A stretch of DNA of 53,687 bases from Hyphomicrobiales bacterium (GTDB taxonomy: Bacteria > Pseudomonadota > Alphaproteobacteria > Rhizobiales > JAKSCL01), in contig JAKSCL010000295.1 in assembly GCA_022360615.1 (NCBI GenBank), positions 1 through 53,687 on the forward strand, given 5' to 3'. The translations under genes were made by a program, and so were the position numbers. A model generated the notes under the pieces. The model was not told where the DNA came from. It did no database searches and was given only the letters and a program-made list of their open reading frames with translations. How positions within the stretch are numbered: the stretch's first letter is position 1; every line of letters starts with the position of its first letter. This document shows positions 47,186 through 53,687 of the stretch, one piece after another.

Positions 47186-49755
47186 CGGCTTTTGCGTCAT
47201 CGCGTCCGGCCAGCCCCAGTGTTTTGGCGCTACGCTTCGCGATACGCGAACTGCGCGGCGGTTTGCGCGGGTTTTATGTCTTCATTGCCTGCATCGCGCT
47301 CGGGGTTGCGACGATTGCCGGCGTGGGTTCCCTGTCCCGGGCCCTGAATGACGGTCTTGCGAGCGAAGGCCGGGCGATCCTCGGCGGCGATGTGGAATTC
47401 GCCATCATCCACCGCGAAGCAAGCGACGCAGAGCGGACCTTTCTAGACGGGACAGGCACGCTCTCGACGGTTGCCACGACGCGCGCCATGGCGCGGCTTC
47501 CGGAAGGCGCCGATCAGGCGCTTGTGGAAATCAAGGCCGTCGATGGCCTTTACCCGCTGTTCGGCGGAATTGAACTACGCTCGGGCCGAACTCTGGATAC
47601 GGCGCTCGCCGGTGGGCAGATGGCTCTTGTCGAAGAGGTGCTGCTTGGGCGGCTCGGTCTTTCGCTTGGCGATACATTCACGCTGGGCGATCTCTCCTTC
47701 ACCGTCGCAGACGTCATTGTCACCGAGCCGGACCGGCTCTCCGGCGGACCGGATTTCGGGCCGCGCGTCATGGTTTCCCTGCCCGATTTGCGTGCGACCG
47801 GGCTGATCCAACCAGGTAGTCTCGTTACATGGCGCTACCGCATCAGGCTGGCCGAGTCCGCAAATGCGGATGGCGATGTGAGCGCCGCCATCGCGCGGGC
47901 GGAAGCCGCCTTCCCCGATGCCGGCTGGCGGGCGCGGTCGCGCGATAATGCGGCGCCGCAGCTTCGCCGTTCGGTGATTTCGTTCACGCAGTTCCTCACC
48001 CTTGTCGGGCTGACGGCTCTGATTGTGGGTGGCGTCGGCGTTGCCAACGCCGTGCGCGCCTTTGTCGACATCAAGCGGCCGGTGATCGCCACTTTCAAGG
48101 CCATTGGCGCGACGGGCGGAATGGTCTTTCAGCTTTATCTGGTCCAGATCGCCATTCTTGCCGGTATCGGTACGCTGATCGGGGTTGTGGGCGGTGCAGC
48201 GATCCCGCCAGTTGCGGGCTATTTTCTCGCCGACCTTTTGCCGTTCTCAACGGCAACCCGCGTCTACCCCATCGCGCTTCTCACTGGTGTTGGCTATGGC
48301 TTTTTGACAGCCTTTGTCTTTGCGCTTTGGCCACTTGGCCGGGCGCGGGACGTCCCTGTCAGTGCGCTTTACCGCGACCGCGTAGGCGGGCGTGAGGGTT
48401 TCCCCCGAAAGCGCTATGTTGGGGCCATCGTTTTGCTGCTGGCTCTTCTCATGGGCATGGCGGTCGGCCTTTCCACCATGCGTCTGGTGGCGGGCCTTTA
48501 TGTGGCCGCAGCAGCGGTGAGCTTTGCCGCGCTTTTCGTGGTCGCTTGGCTCATTATGGGGCTGGCCCGGCGTCTGCCCCGGCTTCCAAGTGCCGAAGCG
48601 CGGCTTGCGCTCTCAAACATTCATCGTCCCGGCGCGCTGACGCCGAGCGTGGTCCTCTCCCTTGGCCTTGGACTGACGCTCATCGTCGCGCTTGCCCAGA
48701 TCGATGGTAATCTCTCGCGCCAGCTCACGTCCTCGCTGCCGGAGCGGGCGCCGAGCTTCTTCTTCGTCGATATTCAGAAAAACGATTTCGAAGCCTTTGA
48801 AGAGCTGATTGCTGCGGAGACGCAGTCCGGCACCCTTCAGACAGTCCCGATGCTGCGCGGGCGTATCGTCAGTCTTCAAGGCACACCGGCGCGCGATTTC
48901 GCCGCACCGGCTGAGTATCGCTGGGTTCTGAACGGCGACCGCGGCATCACCTATGCGGAGACCGTGCCGGAAAACACCACGATCGTCGCCGGCGAGTGGT
49001 GGCCTGCGGATTATCAGGGCGAGCCGCTTGTCTCCTTTGAAGCGGATGAAGCGCATGGGCTCGGTCTCGATGTGGGGGATTTCGTCCAGGTGAATGTTCT
49101 GGGGCGAACAATTGAGGCCCGAATCGCGAACTTGAAGGATGCGGACTGGTCGTCGCTCAACATCAATTTCGTGATGCTGTTCTCACCAAACACGTTTGAG
49201 GGCGCGCCCTACACCATGCTCTCGACGCTGACTTTCCCTCACAATGCCGCAGGCAATGAAAGCGATCGTGATGCGGCCATCCTGCGCGCCCTTGCCGAGC
49301 GTTTTCCTGCGATTACCGCGGTTCGCGTCAAGGATGCGCTTGAAGCGGTGAACGCAATTCTCGAGCGCGTGGCTCTTGCGATCCGTTCGGCCAGCAGCAT
49401 CACGCTGGCGGCAAGTATCCTGGTTCTCGCGGGCGCATTGGCAGCCGGTCACCGCCAGCGTATTTACGATGCGGTTATCATGAAAGCACTTGGTGCGACC
49501 CGGCGACGGCTCCTTTGGTCGTTCTTTTTGGAGTATGCGTTCCTGGGGCTTGCAACGGCCGTGTTCGGTGTCCTAGCCGGTGCGCTTGCCGCCTATGCGG
49601 TCGTGGCCTTTGTTATGAATCTTGAGTTCGTTTTTCTTGGACAAGCAGCGTTTGCGGCAGCTTTCGGGGCCCTTGTCCTCACCGTTCTTTTAGGGATCGG
49701 CGGGACATGGACCGTGCTCGGCCGCAAGCCCGCGACGGTCTTGCGCGAATTCTGA
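47182..49755 (+). CDS. ybbP: FtsX-family ABC transporter permease (YbbP-like, duplicated 4-TM modules)
   Basis: About 857 aa with two FtsX-like TM bundles. ATGA overlap with the ybbA stop. Confidence 0.9.
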   Translation: MTAFASSRPASPSVLALRFAIRELRGGLRGFYVFIACIALGVATIAGVGSLSRALNDGLASEGRAILGGDVEFAIIHREASDAERTFLDGTGTLSTVATTRAMARLPEGADQALVEIKAVDGLYPLFGGIELRSGRTLDTALAGGQMALVEEVLLGRLGLSLGDTFTLGDLSFTVADVIVTEPDRLSGGPDFGPRVMVSLPDLRATGLIQPGSLVTWRYRIRLAESANADGDVSAAIARAEAAFPDAGWRARSRDNAAPQLRRSVISFTQFLTLVGLTALIVGGVGVANAVRAFVDIKRPVIATFKAIGATGGMVFQLYLVQIAILAGIGTLIGVVGGAAIPPVAGYFLADLLPFSTATRVYPIALLTGVGYGFLTAFVFALWPLGRARDVPVSALYRDRVGGREGFPRKRYVGAIVLLLALLMGMAVGLSTMRLVAGLYVAAAAVSFAALFVVAWLIMGLARRLPRLPSAEARLALSNIHRPGALTPSVVLSLGLGLTLIVALAQIDGNLSRQLTSSLPERAPSFFFVDIQKNDFEAFEELIAAETQSGTLQTVPMLRGRIVSLQGTPARDFAAPAEYRWVLNGDRGITYAETVPENTTIVAGEWWPADYQGEPLVSFEADEAHGLGLDVGDFVQVNVLGRTIEARIANLKDADWSSLNINFVMLFSPNTFEGAPYTMLSTLTFPHNAAGNESDRDAAILRALAERFPAITAVRVKDALEAVNAILERVALAIRSASSITLAASILVLAGALAAGHRQRIYDAVIMKALGATRRRLLWSFFLEYAFLGLATAVFGVLAGALAAYAVVAFVMNLEFVFLGQAAFAAAFGALVLTVLLGIGGTWTVLGRKPATVLREF

Positions 49756-49896
49756 GCGCTTGCCCAATCTTGTGGTTTTTCAGTATAAGGCCATATCTAT
49801 ACTAAGGTTTCGTCCGCCCGTGATCCTTGCGGATCAGCGGCCAAGTTGCCATATAGCGGGCGGAGAATTCACGCGTCTGACCCTAGAGGAGCGAAA

Positions 49897-50634
49897 ATGT
49901 CAGATTGGAACAATCAAACCGCAGGTTACGAACGGGCCGCGGCAGGCGCGCGCGCGGGGGAAATCGATGAGGGCCTTCGCGCCTATATGCTGGGCGTCTA
50001 CAATTACATGGCGCTTGCGCTTGCGCTCACGGGCGTGGCCGCGCTCGGCACGGCCATCATGGCGACCAGCAATCCTGCCTTTGGCCAGCTTATCTACGCC
50101 AGTCCACTGAAATGGGTGATCATGCTGGCACCGCTCGGCATGGTCTTTTTCCTCAGCGCACGCATCGGAAATATGGCGGTCGGCACGGCACAGACCATGT
50201 TCTGGATCTTCGCCGCGCTCATGGGCCTGTCCCTTTCCTCGATCTTCCTGGTCTTTACCGGTGAATCGATCGTGCGGGTGTTTTTCATCACGGCGGCCGC
50301 CTTCGGCAGTTTGAGCCTATGGGGCTACACCACGAAAAAGGACATTTCCGGCTGGGGTTCGTTCCTGTTCATGGGCCTCATCGGCATCATCATCGCGATG
50401 GTGGTCAACATTTTCCTTGCGTCTTCGGCACTGCAATTCGCCATTTCGGTCATCGGCGTCCTCGTCTTCGCCGGCCTGACCGCTTATGACACGCAACGCA
50501 TCAAAGAATCGTACTATGTCGGCGATGACGGCACGTTGGCTGCAAAAAAGTCGATCATGGGCGCTTTGTCGCTTTACCTGAACTTCATCAACATGTTCGT
50601 CATGTTGCTGCAGCTCTTCGGTAACCGCGAATAG
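49897..50634 (+). CDS. Bax inhibitor-1/YccA family membrane protein
   Basis: ...GLRAYMLGVYNYMALALALTG... and C-terminal ...GALSLYLNFINMFVMLLQLFG. AGAGGAG SD precedes the ATG at 49897. Confidence 0.9.
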   Translation: MSDWNNQTAGYERAAAGARAGEIDEGLRAYMLGVYNYMALALALTGVAALGTAIMATSNPAFGQLIYASPLKWVIMLAPLGMVFFLSARIGNMAVGTAQTMFWIFAALMGLSLSSIFLVFTGESIVRVFFITAAAFGSLSLWGYTTKKDISGWGSFLFMGLIGIIIAMVVNIFLASSALQFAISVIGVLVFAGLTAYDTQRIKESYYVGDDGTLAAKKSIMGALSLYLNFINMFVMLLQLFGNRE

Positions 50635-50670
50635 GCGCGTCTTAGACCACATCAAACAGTGAACAGCTGA

Positions 50671-50698
50671 GCCCGGCGCCTATGGCGCCGGGTTTTTC
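50671..50698 (+). terminator. Rho-independent terminator
   Basis: GCCCGGCGCC-TAT-GGCGCCGGG followed by TTTTT, 36 nt after the stop of the BI-1 gene. Confidence 0.85.
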
Positions 50699-50880
50699 GT
50701 TTGTATGCCTTGCCGCAGAGGCAAGCGCATTTAGCCTCACTTTCAAGGCGGATCACGTATCTGTGATCGCTGAATCCGGCCGATTGCAGCCAAACGGTGA
50801 TCCGGATTGTCGCAGTCTCCGTACCGACACTGAATGGGTGCGACGTTGTACGCAAATCCTTCGGGGTCAGGAGACACATC

Positions 50881-51750
50881 ATGACACGGACTTCGAGTGC
50901 AGACCGCAGCCTTGTTCGCGCGGCGATGAACGCGCCTTATCTTGAGCGGCAGGAAGAGCATCAACTTGCCGAGCTTTGGAAAGAGAAGCAGGATCAGGAA
51001 GCGCTCAACACGCTGGTTTCGGCGCATATGCGGCTTGTGATCGCGATCGCAGCACGTTTCAGGAATTTCGGGCTCCCCATGGGGGACATGATCCAAGAAG
51101 GCCATGTCGGTTTGCTCGAAGCCGCTGCCCGCTTCGAGCCCGAGCGCGAAGTGCGGTTCTCGACATATGCCACCTGGTGGATCCGCGCCTCGATCCAGGA
51201 CTATATCTTGCGGAACTGGTCGGTCGTGCGCGGCGGGACGAGCTCCGCGCAAAAAGCGCTCTTCTTCAATCTGCGGCGGTTGCGGGCGCGCCTTTCAAAA
51301 GGCGGGGAGAGCATGAACGATACGGCCGTCTATCAGCAGATCGCGTCGGCCATCGGTGTTTCCGTTAGCGATGTGGAGGTGATGGACTCACGCTTGTCCG
51401 CTCCGGACACGTCACTGAATGCGCCGATCGCCGAAGCAGAGGGTTCGGGCACCAGCGAGCGCCAGGACTTTCTTGTCTGCACCAAGCCGCTCCAGGATGA
51501 AGTGATTCCGGAGGATATCGACCGGGAACGCCGGTCCAATTGTCTTACCGAAGCACTGGATGTATTGAACGAACGCGAATTGCAGATCGTGCGGGAACGG
51601 CGATTGTCCGAAGACGGTGCGACCCTTGAATCGCTTGGCGCGAAGCTTGGCATTTCGAAAGAACGGGTGCGTCAGATCGAAAGCCGGGCCCTTGAGAAGC
51701 TGCGCACGCATCTGGTGACGCATCACCCCGAAGCGGGATCATTTGTGTAA
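50881..51750 (+). CDS. rpoH: RNA polymerase sigma-32 (heat shock) factor
   Basis: ...YLERQEEHQLA..., the RpoH-box-like QKALFFNLRRLR, and region 4.2 GISKERVRQIESRALEKLR. ATG at 50881 with a GGAGA SD. Confidence 0.93.
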   Translation: MTRTSSADRSLVRAAMNAPYLERQEEHQLAELWKEKQDQEALNTLVSAHMRLVIAIAARFRNFGLPMGDMIQEGHVGLLEAAARFEPEREVRFSTYATWWIRASIQDYILRNWSVVRGGTSSAQKALFFNLRRLRARLSKGGESMNDTAVYQQIASAIGVSVSDVEVMDSRLSAPDTSLNAPIAEAEGSGTSERQDFLVCTKPLQDEVIPEDIDRERRSNCLTEALDVLNERELQIVRERRLSEDGATLESLGAKLGISKERVRQIESRALEKLRTHLVTHHPEAGSFV

Positions 51751-51761
51751 AGGATGAAAAA

Positions 51762-51789
51762 AGCAGGGCACTCTTTTCCCTGCTTTCTT
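51762..51789. terminator. bidirectional hairpin terminator between the convergent rpoH and M48 genes
   Basis: AAAA-AGCAGGG-cactctttt-CCCTGCT-TTCTT read directly. Confidence 0.7.
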
Positions 51790-51806
51790 AATTCTTCGTC
51801 CGCTCT

Positions 51807-53288
51807 TCAGTCGCTGACGACCTTAACCCACATGTTGGGTCTGAGTGGCTGACCGTCTCCCAACCCATTCAAGACGCGGAATCGTTCCTCTTTGTTATCT
51901 TCCTCAGGAAGAGTGCGGGCGAGCGACTGGATGGTATCGCCGGGCCGCACCTGATGGGCGCTCAGACGGAGCGGCTTTGCGCGGGCGAGTTCGTCGCCAG
52001 CAAGGCGGCGAACCGTCTGGGCGGCTTCGAGGAAGGCGGCGTCCTTCAGGTTGTTGATACTGCGGGTGGCAAACAGCATCCGGAACACCCGGTCCTGCGA
52101 CCAACGGAAGACAAACAGCCGGAACTCCCAGCCGCTTGAGGATGCCCGCGCCGATAGCGCCCGCATACCGTTGATCGTCAAATCCTGAATGTCGGTCACA
52201 TTCACGCCATCCGACCATACCGCTTCAAGATAGCCGCGGAGCGTTCCGTTCGGCTCGATAGGTTCACCGTCAAAGCGCATGACCGAACCGTCCGCCGCGA
52301 TGGCGTTCACCGCATCCGGACGGTTGTCGATCCGGTAGCCGGGCGGGACGGTGAAGGTGAGCGCGAGCCCTGGATGAATGTAACGGCGGCCGCGGACAAA
52401 GCCTTCGACCTTGTCGTCGCTGTAAAGCATGCCGCTGATCGATTGGATATATGTGGCGCGCGCCACCGGATCGTTGACCGGGCTTGCGTAGCCGAGCGCA
52501 CGCGATTCGCTTAAAATGGCGGCAAGCCGCTCCGGCGGGGCCGGGTGGGTGGAGAGGAATTCGGACGCATTCGGGTCGAATTCGGCGAAAAAGCGCTTGG
52601 CTCTCAAGCTGGACTTCTTGCTCATAGCCGACAGAATGACGGCGGCCGACAACGGGTCATAGCCGGCATTGGCGGCAATCTTCAGCCCGATCGTGTCCGC
52701 TTCCAATTCCTGCTGTTGCGAAAACCGCGCGATATAGCTTCGGGCGCTGTCAACGGTCGCCGCGCGGATGGTTTGGTCGGTGTTCGGTGCTGCCACAGCC
52801 GCCGTCGCGGCGATGGTCGCCTCGATTTCCTGCTGCCGGCGAATGGCGTGGCGGGCGATCACATGCGCCATTTCGTGGGCAAGCACGGCCGCCAATTCGG
52901 ATTCCGTATTGGCCAGTGCCACCATGCCGCGCGTTACATAAAGATAACCGCCTGGAAGCGCGAAGGCGTTGACGCGGGGCGCATTGAGGATCGTGACCTT
53001 GTAGCGGCGGTTGCGGTCAGACGCCTGGGAAAGTCGCTCGACAATACGCTCGACCATCGCATCGACCTGGGGGTTGTTGTAGACACCCCCATAAGCCGAG
53101 ACCAGTTGCGGATGGGCGCGCCGGGCAATGGCGCGCTCTTGTGCTTCCGATACGAAGAAGCCGTCGCCGCCATGGACCACGGATGGCGGAACGCCGCCGC
53201 CGCGGAGCAGCCCGTTGGCGCAGCCCGCCAAAACGATGGCGGTTGCTATAAAGACCGTAATGCGCCGGGCTGCCAATCCGATAGCCAT
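51807..53288 (-). CDS. M48 family metallopeptidase lipoprotein with C-terminal LysM domain
   Basis: Lipobox VLAGC, the HEMAHV zinc motif, and a C-terminal ...HQVRPGDTIQSLAR...LNGL... LysM. Confidence 0.9.
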   Translation of the reverse strand: MAIGLAARRITVFIATAIVLAGCANGLLRGGGVPPSVVHGGDGFFVSEAQERAIARRAHPQLVSAYGGVYNNPQVDAMVERIVERLSQASDRNRRYKVTILNAPRVNAFALPGGYLYVTRGMVALANTESELAAVLAHEMAHVIARHAIRRQQEIEATIAATAAVAAPNTDQTIRAATVDSARSYIARFSQQQELEADTIGLKIAANAGYDPLSAAVILSAMSKKSSLRAKRFFAEFDPNASEFLSTHPAPPERLAAILSESRALGYASPVNDPVARATYIQSISGMLYSDDKVEGFVRGRRYIHPGLALTFTVPPGYRIDNRPDAVNAIAADGSVMRFDGEPIEPNGTLRGYLEAVWSDGVNVTDIQDLTINGMRALSARASSSGWEFRLFVFRWSQDRVFRMLFATRSINNLKDAAFLEAAQTVRRLAGDELARAKPLRLSAHQVRPGDTIQSLARTLPEEDNKEERFRVLNGLGDGQPLRPNMWVKVVSD

Positions 53289-53687
53289 TAATCCGTCTTC
53301 CCTGCCTCCTTCGCGGGATCGGCAACGGGAAACTCCAGTTGTTCCGGATGGGCCAGTTCGATCATCGGCCCGTTCCGGTAAATCATGAAACCACGCATGC
53401 GTATCCGCTTTTTCTCAAGCGTGTGTAAATCAATACTATTTGCTTTGAGCCGCCTCACGCTCCTCGCACTCGCGGCAAGGGTCATGTCGGATCGCCAATC
53501 CTCACCGAAATTAAGATAGGTCGTTCCGCGGACAGTTGCGACCTGCAAAACCCTACCTTCAAGAATCCGATATGCGCCAATCGCTCTCCTCGCCTCTTCG
53601 CCGTCATTTGCGTCGAGAATGTGATGATTGGACCGCGCCCACAGCCCTTTGCGCGCAACACGTGCGGCATTCTCTCTTAACAGAAGA
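53288..53687 (-). CDS. partial CDS (C-terminal part): thermonuclease (SNase-like) family protein
   Basis: Hand translation continues in frame upstream of the 86-aa track ORF to the window end: ...ENAARVARKGLWARSNHHILDANDGEEARRAIGAYRILEGRVLQVATVRGTTYLNFGEDW... ARKxxxGLWA is an SNase motif. Its TAA overlaps the M48 ATG (TAATG). Confidence 0.65.
   Translation of the reverse strand, partial: LLLRENAARVARKGLWARSNHHILDANDGEEARRAIGAYRILEGRVLQVATVRGTTYLNFGEDWRSDMTLAASARSVRRLKANSIDLHTLEKKRIRMRGFMIYRNGPMIELAHPEQLEFPVADPAKEAGKTD

Noticed and set aside
50834-50884. 16-codon uORF (MGATLYANPSGSGDTS) whose TGA overlaps the rpoH ATG.
   Set aside because: It has the same ATGA geometry as the yggT uORF, but there is no SD before its ATG. 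rpoH has its own GGAGA SD, so this is probably chance.

Overview
High-GC (about 60-65% by eye) chromosomal core region. Gene content and synteny look alphaproteobacterial (Hyphomicrobiales/Rhizobiales-like): tsaD-gpsA-yciI-EVE lies divergent from hemC-hemD-mic60-hemY. I support about 65 protein-coding genes and 2 tRNAs (Thr-CGU, Ala-CGC). I found no rRNA, CRISPR array, transposase, integrase or recognisable defence or toxin-antitoxin cassette. Most genes are housekeeping: heme, folate (folD, folP, folK), panC, argG, ppa, typA, rlmN, rpoH, and a tesA/ybbA/ybbP-like trio. All family calls come from motif recognition by eye, because no BLAST or HMM search was possible. Many start sites were moved inward from the longest ORF, using conserved N-termini, SD sequences or overlaps with neighbouring genes. 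Five things stand out. (1) The best candidate for an undescribed system is a tightly coupled five-gene membrane operon (16018-18622, minus strand). It is built around a fusion of a bis-heme-type ferric-reductase TM domain with a Rieske domain, plus a 4-Cys membrane-anchored partner with an internal repeat and three tiny TM proteins. (2) Next to it is a photolyase supercluster: an FeS-BCP (6-4) photolyase facing an SDR / CPF-family protein / DUF2256 operon. It includes a 55-codon ORF below the ORF-track cutoff, start-stop coupled to the (6-4) photolyase gene. (3) A 340-bp convergent intergenic region combines AT-rich palindromes with GC hairpins and may encode an sRNA. (4) A lower-GC OsmC/MarR module sits against the 3' end of tRNA-Ala and carries twin palindromic operators. 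(5) Smaller items include an SD-led uORF stop-start coupled to yggT, tandem paralogous membrane genes after rlmN, and a G9 tract acting as an SD.
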